DNA from: a virus
Direction: 5' to 3' (one strand)
IMG/VR virus record: IMGVR_UViG_3300042453_002354
Coordinates: 32,001-96,000 of that record
Length of the DNA stretch: 64,000 nucleotides
A model generated the notes under the pieces. That model saw only the letters and a program-made list of their open reading frames with translations, did no database searches and was not told the origin of the DNA. The number at the start of each line of letters is the position of its first letter. The first letter of the stretch is position 1. A program made the translations under genes and the position numbers. This document shows, piece by piece, positions 9,316 through 18,007 of the stretch.

Positions 9316-11358
9316 TTAGTCAACAACGTATGTTGCACGAAGAACATCACCAGACTGTGGTTGTGCACCAGATTCAAAGGTGATAACTGCACCAGATACG
9401 GTGTAGTCTGCACCAGCGCCAGGACGAAGAACAAGTCCGTTAAGCATAACTTGTAGCTTACCAGAAAGTGGTGTTGAAGCCAAGTTAAACGTTACGTTTG
9501 TTCCGTCAATTGTTCCCGATGGAGTTTCGTTGAAGATGAAGCTGCTTTCAGATACCTTTGCATTCAATTGTGTTTGAATTGCAGAAGTAACTCCCGAAAG
9601 ATATCCAAGTTCAGTCGAAGTAACCGAAGAAGCACTAGGTAGTCCATTTGCATCCGATACGAGAGCACGGCTAGCAGTCAAAAGACTTGCAGCGAATGCT
9701 GTACCAGCGGAATTCATATGGAGGAACGAATATGCACTTGCAGCCGAGAGGTTAGCATTACTACCACCACGTGACAATGCTAGTTGTGCTTCCGAAGACA
9801 TAACGCCTGTACCATCGTTCACAAGAACGTGACTTGCAGTTCCCGATGCGAGCTTGCTTCTAGCGATAGCGGCACTTGCCGAAACCTTAGAATCAACAAC
9901 TGCATCCGAAGCAAGTTTTGCTTCTGTTACGTTAGCATCTGCAATCTTAGCTGTAGTAACAGCACTGTCAGCAAGTTTTCCGGTAGTAACAGCACCATCG
10001 GCAAGTTTTCCGGTAGTAACATTACTATCAGCGATCTTAGCTGTAGTAACATTGCTATCAGCAATCTTAGCGGTTGTTACGTTAGAATCTGCGATCTTAG
10101 CTGTGGTAACAGCACTGTCAGCAAGTTCTGCGGTATTAACTGCACTATCGGCGAGCTTTGAGTTTGTTACAGCATTGTCTGCGATTTGTGCGCTATCAAC
10201 AGCACTATCGGCAATCTTTGCATTTGTAACAGCATCGTCGGCAATCTTAGCTGTGGTAACATTGCTATCAGCAATCTTAGCTGTCGTTACGTTAGAATCT
10301 GCAATCTTAGCTGTGGTAACAGCATCGGCTGCGAGCTTTGCGGTAGTAACGTTAAGATCGGTGATCTTCACAGTAGTAACAGCATCGTCTGCGAGCTTTC
10401 CGGTAGTAACATTAAGATCAGCAATCTTAGCGGTTGTTACGTTAGAGTCTGCAATCTTAGCGGTTGTTACGTTAGAATCTGCGATCTTAGCTGTGGTAAC
10501 AGCACTGTCAGCAATCTTGCTTGTGACAACTGCACTTGATGCAATCTTTGCTTCTGTTACGTTAGCATCAGCAATCTTTGATGTGATTACCGAATCGGCA
10601 GCGAGCTTTCCGGAAGCAATCGAAAGATTGACGAGCGAGAACGACAATTCGTTTGCGGCTGCAACGACATCAATTTCAGAGCTATCTGCAAGAGATTTGA
10701 ACTCGAAATTGCTTCCACTGAGCTGCTTGAATACGCCTTCTCCTGTACCTACGTTCGATGATGTCTGTGTACCAGCACCAGAGAACTGAGTAAATACGAG
10801 ATTGTCTGTACCAACTACAAGATTTGACTGACCAGTCAATACCCAAGAAGTATTAGGATTTACAGAACCTTCTTGTACGAATACAAGGTTTCCGCCTCTT
10901 ACTTCGGTACCAGGACTGTCATCGAAATCCGATGCACGACTCCAAGAACCAGAAGCAACAACGTAAACACCGTTATTTACTTGGTTTGTCTGATTCTTTA
11001 CAAGAACTCTATCATCAGCAACGAGCGATACGCCATCGACGGTAAGAAGTCCCGAAAGACTTGCAATGTTTGCGGTACTAGCAACACGAACTGCCTGCTT
11101 TACGCTAACACCAGCGGCAACATCTTGCAACTGTGAATAGGTAACTGCATCGTTCGGGTTAGAACCGGCACCAAGATTGGTTAGCTTAAAACCACCAGCA
11201 TCGTGGTTTGCTGTCCAAACCACTGAACCATCTTTCTTCAAGAAATTGCTACCATCTGCCAGCTTCGACGAAGCGATTGCGGCATCTGATGCAATCTCTG
11301 CATTTGTGATAGTACCAGACATAATCTGTGTATTACCACGGATTTTTAGTTGTGCCAT
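9316..11358 (-). CDS. Long fiber protein: QLKIRGNTQI leader, phage fiber domain, 25 decapeptide repeats, C-terminal shared domain
   Basis: DAVTYSQL and VRVASTANI..SGLLTVDGV..DRVLVKNQT..NGVYVV..WSRASD fiber motifs; VTTAKIADSN repeats; C-terminal NETPSGTIDGTNVTFNL..VMLNGLVLRPGAGADYTVSG..ITF..GDVLRATY. Confidence 0.8.
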   Translation of the reverse strand: MAQLKIRGNTQIMSGTITNAEIASDAAIASSKLADGSNFLKKDGSVVWTANHDAGGFKLTNLGAGSNPNDAVTYSQLQDVAAGVSVKQAVRVASTANIASLSGLLTVDGVSLVADDRVLVKNQTNQVNNGVYVVASGSWSRASDFDDSPGTEVRGGNLVFVQEGSVNPNTSWVLTGQSNLVVGTDNLVFTQFSGAGTQTSSNVGTGEGVFKQLSGSNFEFKSLADSSEIDVVAAANELSFSLVNLSIASGKLAADSVITSKIADANVTEAKIASSAVVTSKIADSAVTTAKIADSNVTTAKIADSNVTTAKIADLNVTTGKLADDAVTTVKITDLNVTTAKLAADAVTTAKIADSNVTTAKIADSNVTTAKIADDAVTNAKIADSAVDSAQIADNAVTNSKLADSAVNTAELADSAVTTAKIADSNVTTAKIADSNVTTAKIADSNVTTGKLADGAVTTGKLADSAVTTAKIADANVTEAKLASDAVVDSKVSASAAIARSKLASGTASHVLVNDGTGVMSSEAQLALSRGGSNANLSAASAYSFLHMNSAGTAFAASLLTASRALVSDANGLPSASSVTSTELGYLSGVTSAIQTQLNAKVSESSFIFNETPSGTIDGTNVTFNLASTPLSGKLQVMLNGLVLRPGAGADYTVSGAVITFESGAQPQSGDVLRATYVVD
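9871..10620 (-). repeat. Coding tandem repeat, 25 x 30 nt (VTTAKIADS(N/A) consensus)
   Basis: Counted in the translation from IASGKLAADS to VVDSKVSASA. Confidence 0.9.
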
Positions 11359-11466
11359 ATATTTTTTCTCCTTATAAGGTTTGTATTTTCATAACATTGG
11401 CCAATATGCAATCGACACAAGGTATCGATCAAACATAATTTAAGATTACGTTTATTTATGAAACTT

Positions 11467-11730
11467 TTATTTTCTAAAGTAGTCGATTATTAAAATATCT
11501 CCTGGCAATGGAGCATAGTTCATGACAAAGGTTTGATCATTAGGTATCACGTAGTCTAGAAACTCTCCTGGTCTCAACCTTAGACCATTTAAATATATTT
11601 GGCAATGATCATCATAGAATCTATATTTAGTAAAAAATATAGTGTTGGTTCCATCAATGTCACCAACAGGTTCCTCATTTTCTACGTGCCTCAAAGTGGC
11701 TGGCATTATCACTTGCGCTGCTGGCGACAT
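11467..11730 (-). CDS. Stand-alone copy of the shared ~70-aa domain (start may be 11706)
   Basis: NEEPVGDIDGTNTIF..IYLNGLRLRPGEFLDY..FVMNYAPLPGDILIIDY aligns with the domain in the neighbouring fiber genes. Confidence 0.7.
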   Translation of the reverse strand: MSPAAQVIMPATLRHVENEEPVGDIDGTNTIFFTKYRFYDDHCQIYLNGLRLRPGEFLDYVIPNDQTFVMNYAPLPGDILIIDYFRK

Positions 11731-12460
11731 CTATAGACTCCCTTTCAAAACTATTAGGTATCATTTCAGCATACGCATCGACCAGTTCGTCAGTACCAAC
11801 CTCTAGCGTATGTTTAGGTAAAAATCTATTATCTAATTTTTCTTCCTTTTTGTAAAATTCTAGGAATGATTGTAACACAAAATCTTCAGATTGCAAGTTT
11901 ATTTTTTTGCGTAATGTATTATACATTAATTTGGCCGCATCAGCTTTCAATCCAGACATTAAACCTTTACTGAATTCAGTAAAATTACCAGAGGATGCTA
12001 AAGATCTTAACTTTGAAGCACTCATTCCGGTAACATCATCTGCGTCAGGATCTCTTGCACCAGCACTTATGACTTTAACGGAGTCCGCATCAATAGACTT
12101 ACTTTTATCTGCAATATTTAGATAAGGTAAAATCATTGCTCTAAATGATTGTACTCTATCTTCACCGACAATTACAACAATTTCTTTGTATCCTTGATTG
12201 GCCAAATGCTGTAATGCTTGAAATGGCGTTTTTATGGATTCATCCTTTACAATAAATGGTGATATTTTTGGATAACCCAAGGAAATAAATTTAATCTTTT
12301 CGGCAAAACTCAAAGGATTCTTTTTTTTGTCTTGTGTGTGCGATACAAATAAAAATGGTCTAGCATCTATTTTCTTTGCCGTAGATAATACTTTATCAAG
12401 TAAAAGCTGGTGTCCCGATGTGGGTGGATTTAATCGACCAAATGTCATTACCGCTTTCAT
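11675..12460 (-). CDS. HIGH-superfamily nucleotidyltransferase (cytidylyltransferase-like) of T4-like phages
   Basis: TFGRLNPPTSGH (HIGH-like), KNPLSF, VGEDR, SAGARDPDA and MSASKLR motifs. Confidence 0.8.
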   Translation of the reverse strand: MKAVMTFGRLNPPTSGHQLLLDKVLSTAKKIDARPFLFVSHTQDKKKNPLSFAEKIKFISLGYPKISPFIVKDESIKTPFQALQHLANQGYKEIVVIVGEDRVQSFRAMILPYLNIADKSKSIDADSVKVISAGARDPDADDVTGMSASKLRSLASSGNFTEFSKGLMSGLKADAAKLMYNTLRKKINLQSEDFVLQSFLEFYKKEEKLDNRFLPKHTLEVGTDELVDAYAEMIPNSFERESIDVASSASDNASHFEARRK

Positions 12461-12461
12461 A

Positions 12462-13673
12462 TTAGCCCCAATTTTTAGCGACAGTAAAGTTAAGTTTAGA
12501 AAATTCCAATCTATCCACTAATTTCAATGCAGTATTATCATTGGAGACTGCAACGAATCCTTCGGGATCTGTCACCTTAAAACCATCTTCAGTTTGTATA
12601 AATGTTCCTACTGTTTTGGTTTTCTTTAGTTTGGCTATTAACATTAATTTACAATCAATTAATAGCTTTTGTATTTCATACAGTTTATATAAGTTTTCTC
12701 TTGACGACTCCACAAAATCTATTAAATTTTGCAATCTTGAAGTTCTATCAATTTTTGACTTTTCTGTTTTAAGTTTATCTATTTCTACCTGAAACTTTTG
12801 TTTTATGAAGTTTATCAGTCCATCTACATGTGACTTCACATCGCCAATCGTTGAACCAACTTTTACATTTGCATTAAAATACATGTGCATATATGGCAAC
12901 AATTCAGAAGATGATAATTTATTTAATAGATTTTTTGTTTGTGAATCCATTAAACTTCTAATAGACTTAATTTTTACTGCTATTTGTTTAGTTTCTTCTT
13001 TTGTAAATGTTGCGGTACCGGATACATCTTTAAAAAATGCATCAGTAACCCAAACATTAGGATTTGATTTCAGTTTAGATATGTCCACATCAAACGATGC
13101 ACTAGAATCGGCTATGGTTGATCCTGTATATTTTGTGTGAAAAACAATTCCTATTTTGGCTTTTTGTATTTTCTTTGCAAAATCACTATCAAGAGGTACG
13201 GCATATGTGATGGTATTTGGTCTAAATGTTAAACAATTTTCTCCTTCAATCTCTTGCATCGAAACACTATCATCCGTAAATAATAAATCGCCTTGCAATA
13301 TTTCATTAAAATTTAATTTACTCAAATGTTGTAGTGCTACTTTTAATTTTTCAGCTAAAGCACCTTCGTGATTTTTGTTTATGTCGGTAACAGTATAATT
13401 AATTTTTGGTCCTACTTTGTTGAAAACGCTTTTAGTTCCAACAAAAAACTTACCAGTTTCTGGATCTTTACCACAAACAATAGCAGGAGCACCGTCCCAC
13501 TTTGTGGTTACTTTGACACTTTTGTTCGATGAAGTTGCTAACATTTTAGCAACAGATGTTATGAATCTAATTGCAGTAGATAAACCTTGCACACCTTTGT
13601 CGAACATCTCATCTTCCAAATGCGTTAAATGCACATTTTTAGATTCTTGTAGAAAAATGTTAAAAGATTTCAT
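12462..13673 (-). CDS. Conserved T4-like protein (DUF6267-like) with ATP-dependent ligase motifs
   Basis: KNVHLTHLED start; TTKWDGAP (KxDG, motif I), ILQGDLLF (III-like), PEGFVAV (IV-like), ALKLVDR (V-like); N-terminus MKSFNIFLQE. Confidence 0.65.
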   Translation of the reverse strand: MKSFNIFLQESKNVHLTHLEDEMFDKGVQGLSTAIRFITSVAKMLATSSNKSVKVTTKWDGAPAIVCGKDPETGKFFVGTKSVFNKVGPKINYTVTDINKNHEGALAEKLKVALQHLSKLNFNEILQGDLLFTDDSVSMQEIEGENCLTFRPNTITYAVPLDSDFAKKIQKAKIGIVFHTKYTGSTIADSSASFDVDISKLKSNPNVWVTDAFFKDVSGTATFTKEETKQIAVKIKSIRSLMDSQTKNLLNKLSSSELLPYMHMYFNANVKVGSTIGDVKSHVDGLINFIKQKFQVEIDKLKTEKSKIDRTSRLQNLIDFVESSRENLYKLYEIQKLLIDCKLMLIAKLKKTKTVGTFIQTEDGFKVTDPEGFVAVSNDNTALKLVDRLEFSKLNFTVAKNWG

Positions 13674-13693
13674 TTTTTATTATGAGTATTAAT

Positions 13694-14302
13694 TTATTCT
13701 TTATCTAATGAATCCATTTTATCATCGCTTTCATAAGTTTTAAACTTATTTTTCATTCGCCAAGCTCTAGCATAAAGAACTTGTTTTCCTTTTTCGGGTC
13801 CATATTGTTTAATGAATCTGGCTTTATTCTTTTTAATCCAAGTTTCGTAATCTTTCCCTGGTGGCGAAACTTCATCTAATGATTCTTCTTCAGCAATTTT
13901 TGAAACTGGCGTGTCGGACCACATCTTACAAGACCAATAATTGGCTTTCCATTTTGGGCCTGGATCTGAACAATTATGTCTTGCTCTATAACTAGCTCTT
14001 CTTTCTGGATCATCTCTCTTAATTTCCATATTAGGATCGCCAAAATTAACTTTGACTACATTACCCTTGTCATTTTTGACATATACTGAAAACTTTTTAG
14101 GGCCGCCTGGTGTACGAAATGGTTTATTAAGTGTAACTTTTTTACCTTCGTGTTCAGATTCTTCGTGCATATCTTCACAATCATCTTCTTTCATACAAGA
14201 ACCTTTTTCATATGGTTTCTTGCCTGGCGTTGGTTTATAACCGTCCCAACATCTTTCGCTTAGTTCTTTTGATTCTTTTAGTATTTTGGATAATGTTTTC
14301 AT
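13694..14302 (-). CDS. Conserved T4-like hypothetical protein (DUF6321-like), possible internal protein
   Basis: CWDGYK and VTLNKPFRTPGGPKKFSVYVKN..VKVNFGDPNM..RRASYRARHNC..ANYWSC motifs; N-terminus MKTLSKILKE. Confidence 0.6.
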   Translation of the reverse strand: MKTLSKILKESKELSERCWDGYKPTPGKKPYEKGSCMKEDDCEDMHEESEHEGKKVTLNKPFRTPGGPKKFSVYVKNDKGNVVKVNFGDPNMEIKRDDPERRASYRARHNCSDPGPKWKANYWSCKMWSDTPVSKIAEEESLDEVSPPGKDYETWIKKNKARFIKQYGPEKGKQVLYARAWRMKNKFKTYESDDKMDSLDKE

Positions 14303-14371
14303 TTTAAATCTCTATGATATTCGGAATAGAAATGGATAATAATCTAAATAGATACACACAATGTTTCTTTG

Positions 14372-14379
14372 TATTTATA
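14372..14379 (-). promoter_or_regulatory. Late promoter TATAAATA for the 14302-to-11467 operon
   Basis: TATTTATA on plus strand, 70 nt upstream of the 14302 start. Confidence 0.7.
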
Positions 14380-14401
14380 TTCCGTTACAAATAGACAAAA
14401 A

Positions 14402-14794
14402 ATGTACAACGACCTAGAAAAACTATTAGAAAAACTGATAGAACAAAACGAAAGAACTCAAGAACAAATTGATCATATCGTCAATTCTACGTTTCAATAC
14501 AAAAATGATATAACAACTATTGCCATAAAATTGGATGTACTCAGAGAAGATTGGCAAAAAATTTCAAAAATAATTCACGGCGATGGATTAATAGATCCAC
14601 TTTCATCAAGAATGCGAATAATTGAAATTAAATTAAAAGAAATGGAAGAACAAGTTGAGAACTTGGAAATCGAGAGTAGAAAAAATCTAGAAGCCGAAAG
14701 AACTAAATTTCAAAAAATACTAGTAGCGATAATAGGAGGAGTATTCACAATTATATCCTCCTTATTTGCTTGGCATATTGATTTAAAAAAATAA
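14402..14794 (+). CDS. Coiled-coil protein with C-terminal transmembrane helix, holin-like candidate
   Basis: ATG at 14402 preferred over TTG at 14369; heptad-rich body; ILVAIIGGVFTIISSLFAW; TCTAAATA late-like site at 14343-14350. Confidence 0.5.
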   Translation: MYNDLEKLLEKLIEQNERTQEQIDHIVNSTFQYKNDITTIAIKLDVLREDWQKISKIIHGDGLIDPLSSRMRIIEIKLKEMEEQVENLEIESRKNLEAERTKFQKILVAIIGGVFTIISSLFAWHIDLKK

Positions 14795-15787
14795 TCATTT
14801 TCTGACGCTAGATTCGGACTGATATGTTGGCGTAACTTCAACAAATTCCGCCTTTCTTTGCAATTCGGATATTGTTCTGGCACCACCATAAGTTAAGGCC
14901 GATCTCAATCCTCCTAGCAATTCATCTATAAGTTGTTGTGCACTTTTCTCGACCGGAGCCCAAAAGTGTTCACCCTCTGCTACCGTACCTTTCTTTAATC
15001 CACCTCTAGCTTCATCTTGAAAATCTTTTGATGCTTGTCCTCTGTATTTTGCATATATCTGAAAGTCTGTGTTTCTTTTTTGTGCGGCACTTTCGTAAGT
15101 TAGTGCAAATAGCTTTCCTATCATTACGGTAGAAGCACCAGCGGCCAACGCAAGCACAATATCTCTTGAATTTCTTATACCACCATCGGCAATAATTGGT
15201 ACTTTAAATCTGCTTGCAATTTCACTGCAATCTTGTATTGCGCTAAATTGACTAACACCAAACCCCGTGGTCGATCTTGTAGTACAGGCAGCTCCAGGTC
15301 CAATACCAACCTTTATCGCATCAGCACCAGACGAAATTAAATCATGGGTGCCCATAGCTGTACAAACATTTCCAGCTATAATTTTAACATGAGGATATTT
15401 TGATTTAATAAACTCAATTTCTTGCATCATAGATTTTGAATGTCCGTGTGCAATGTCAAACGTTATTACACTGGCACCGACACCTATAAAATCTTCTAAG
15501 TAATCGTTATTCAATCCAGTTGAAATGGAACAATTAGAGTATTTCTTAATCCACAATCTTTGTTGTTCTATATCTGTAAATCTATGAAATATGGGAAATC
15601 CACCGTTCGACAAAAGCACATCAGCTAATTGATCGCAAATGACAGTATCCATATTAGCTGCCAATAATGGCATACCAATTTTAGTATCCTTAACAAGCCA
15701 AGTTGATAGATCTGGTTCAGTTCTGCTACTTATATTACTATATTGCGGAACTAGTGCTACGTCATCAAAAGTTAAAACTCTTCTCAT
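14795..15787 (-). CDS. IMPDH/GMP reductase family protein, CBS-less
   Basis: LTFDDVALVP, ANMDTV, DIAHGHS, AGNV, KVGIGPGAACTTR (catalytic Cys), IADGGIR, YRGQAS, AEG. Start at 15787 has an AGGAG RBS; ORF track gives 15829. Confidence 0.9.
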   Translation of the reverse strand: MRRVLTFDDVALVPQYSNISSRTEPDLSTWLVKDTKIGMPLLAANMDTVICDQLADVLLSNGGFPIFHRFTDIEQQRLWIKKYSNCSISTGLNNDYLEDFIGVGASVITFDIAHGHSKSMMQEIEFIKSKYPHVKIIAGNVCTAMGTHDLISSGADAIKVGIGPGAACTTRSTTGFGVSQFSAIQDCSEIASRFKVPIIADGGIRNSRDIVLALAAGASTVMIGKLFALTYESAAQKRNTDFQIYAKYRGQASKDFQDEARGGLKKGTVAEGEHFWAPVEKSAQQLIDELLGGLRSALTYGGARTISELQRKAEFVEVTPTYQSESSVRK

Positions 15788-15789
15788 AA

Positions 15790-16347
15790 CTACTCCTGTG
15801 TTGATAATTGATCTCCCCACGAATCCCATCCAGATTCAGTTTGTCTAGCAAAAAGTTCTATTCTAGGTAAATCACCAACTAATTCTACTATATGTTTTCT
15901 TATTATATCAGGCTTTTTGCTATGAGATTCTATTGGCGATAAAACAACTTGTTTGATTGATGCAGACTTTCTTTTGATCTTGCCACGTAAACCTAGTAGA
16001 CACAATTCGGCATTGCTTCTGGTCCAGTTTCCCATACCCATAAAAATTGTATCTTGAGATTTTTTGTTCGTCTTGACCCAAGTGAATGCACAAGTTTTAT
16101 ATGTAAATCCCCAAGATTTAATTACATTTAATCCTTCTTGTAGCTTAGGATATGTAACCCACATAAAAAGAATGCAATCATCAGCACATATCTCAGATAT
16201 TGGTAGTTCTTCTATTGATTTGTCATTCATTAAATTATATTTACATCCTGCACCTCTGTTCCCTGCTAATGCTTTATCTTTATACATCCAAGGAGGATCT
16301 GCATAAATTATATTATACTTCTTATTAGGGAAGGGTATCATAATCAA
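15790..16347 (-). CDS. MT-A70 family adenine methyltransferase
   Basis: YNIIYADPPW, LFMWVT, WGFTYKTCAFTWVK, GNWTRSNAELCL, HSKKP, RIELFAR, GWDSWG. Confidence 0.9.
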   Translation of the reverse strand: MIMIPFPNKKYNIIYADPPWMYKDKALAGNRGAGCKYNLMNDKSIEELPISEICADDCILFMWVTYPKLQEGLNVIKSWGFTYKTCAFTWVKTNKKSQDTIFMGMGNWTRSNAELCLLGLRGKIKRKSASIKQVVLSPIESHSKKPDIIRKHIVELVGDLPRIELFARQTESGWDSWGDQLSTQE

Positions 16348-17729
16348 AATTTGAATCCAGAAAATTTAGAAGGTGCATCTTTAACTGGAAGATTTGAATT
16401 ATCAAAATCTCTTACGTTCTGTATTATATCATTTTGTGCAGATTCTTCAAGCTCATAAAATCTCATTTTAGGTCTGTCAATTCCTAATAGTATTTTTCTA
16501 TCTTTGGCAGCTTCGTTGTATCTATTTTTTAGTTGCTTGATCATTATTTGATTCTGCTTTTCCAATTCATCCGTAGAAATAAGAGCAAGCATTAAATCTG
16601 CGGTTGCTGGTACGCCAAAACTTTCTGAAGTGTTTTCTAATCCTACATCGGATGCATTGTAACCGCTTCTGTTTAACTGTGTTGCGGTCCATACTGGTAC
16701 CTTGTGTATAACGCTCAGACCACGAACCTCTTCTGCAATATACTTCACGTAAGTGTACATATTAGAAACACTATTAGATGACTTCAATCTGGCACTTACC
16801 ATGATGTTTAAGTAATCCAGAATAATGACATCTGGCTTGAAATTCTTCTTGAGAGATAATTCATTCAGAGTATTTGCCACATGAAACACACTAGCGGTAG
16901 ATGTTGGATATTCTTCTACTATAAGTTTGCCAGTAGTCTTTGATATGATTGAATTTAAAGACTTGAGAAATGCTGGTTTTGGTATGTTCTTTAAATCTTG
17001 TATCGGTATGTTGAGAAGATTTGCATCAAATCGTTCTGATGTCTTCTCTTTTGACATTTCAAATGTAGCATAAAAAACATTATACCCTTGCATAAAATAT
17101 GAGCAAGCAAGGTGAGACAAGAACGTAGATTTTCCTATTCCTGTACCGGCGACCACGATATTCAAGGTCTTCTTTGGTACACCACCATTAGTAATTTTAT
17201 TCAGTATATTAATATCAAATGGCAACTGTTCTTCTTTTGTGTGATAGTAACTAAATCTATCCTCATAATCTTCTGCATACGAATGACCAACAGAGGTATT
17301 AAAAGAAACGGCCAATGCCTCTTTCATCATATCGGGCAATACACCTACACTTCTTTTTTTATCTCTACCGTCAATTATTTCTATGCCACTTCTGAAGGCA
17401 TTTATTATAGCTTTATCTTTACAAAACTTTTCTGTCTGACCAAGAAACCATTCTTGGTTTGGTTTATCGTATTCTTTTAATTCTTTTATAGTATCTTGAA
17501 TGTTTTGATAAAGTTCAGAAGAAACTTGTTTATCGGCGGAACATATTGATATTGCTTCTATGGTAGGCAGTGCATTATGTTTTGCTATAAAATCATAGAT
17601 GCAAGAAAAAACGATCTTGTCAGATGGCGAATCAAAGTATTCTTCCTTGAGAAAGGGAAATACTTTTCTGCAATAATCTTCATCGTGTATCATGCCCTTC
17701 AATATAAGGGACTCTATTTTGTCTGACAT
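16344..17729 (-). CDS. gp41: Replicative DNA helicase (T4 gp41-like)
   Basis: Walker A AGTGIGKS, ILDYLNI, WTATQLNR, SESFGVPATAD, QLKNRY; downstream of uvsX. Confidence 0.95.
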   Translation of the reverse strand: MSDKIESLILKGMIHDEDYCRKVFPFLKEEYFDSPSDKIVFSCIYDFIAKHNALPTIEAISICSADKQVSSELYQNIQDTIKELKEYDKPNQEWFLGQTEKFCKDKAIINAFRSGIEIIDGRDKKRSVGVLPDMMKEALAVSFNTSVGHSYAEDYEDRFSYYHTKEEQLPFDINILNKITNGGVPKKTLNIVVAGTGIGKSTFLSHLACSYFMQGYNVFYATFEMSKEKTSERFDANLLNIPIQDLKNIPKPAFLKSLNSIISKTTGKLIVEEYPTSTASVFHVANTLNELSLKKNFKPDVIILDYLNIMVSARLKSSNSVSNMYTYVKYIAEEVRGLSVIHKVPVWTATQLNRSGYNASDVGLENTSESFGVPATADLMLALISTDELEKQNQIMIKQLKNRYNEAAKDRKILLGIDRPKMRFYELEESAQNDIIQNVRDFDNSNLPVKDAPSKFSGFKF

Positions 17730-18007
17730 TGATTTCCTATAATTTGAAATAACTGAGATGCAATTTCATTAATCATTAACATCATAGACTGTTCTTGCTG
17801 TTCTGTCAAATCCTCTTTCAATAGATGCATCAAGTGAGTTGGAACTCCTGCTATTTCATAAGAAAACTTTCCTTTTCCATTTACCTCATTAAAGTTATCA
17901 AAAACAATAAACATGCCAGACCAATATCCTTCCATTACAAAAACTTTTATACCTCTGGCTTTGTGTTCAACTATTTGGTATTTTTTGATCATATTAACCT
18001 TCTTCAC
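17714..18007 (-). CDS. Hypothetical protein at the position of T4 gp40
   Basis: 97 aa between uvsX and 41; synteny only. Confidence 0.45.
   Translation of the reverse strand: MKKVNMIKKYQIVEHKARGIKVFVMEGYWSGMFIVFDNFNEVNGKGKFSYEIAGVPTHLMHLLKEDLTEQQEQSMMLMINEIASQLFQIIGNQCQTK

Noticed and set aside
9871-10620. Possible CRISPR array
   Set aside because: Repeats are contiguous, in frame and vary at codon level; no spacers or cas genes.
9784-10789. Long plus-strand ORFs (311, 125 and 117 aa)
   Set aside because: Antisense shadows of the 30-nt coding repeat; no RBS or independent motifs.
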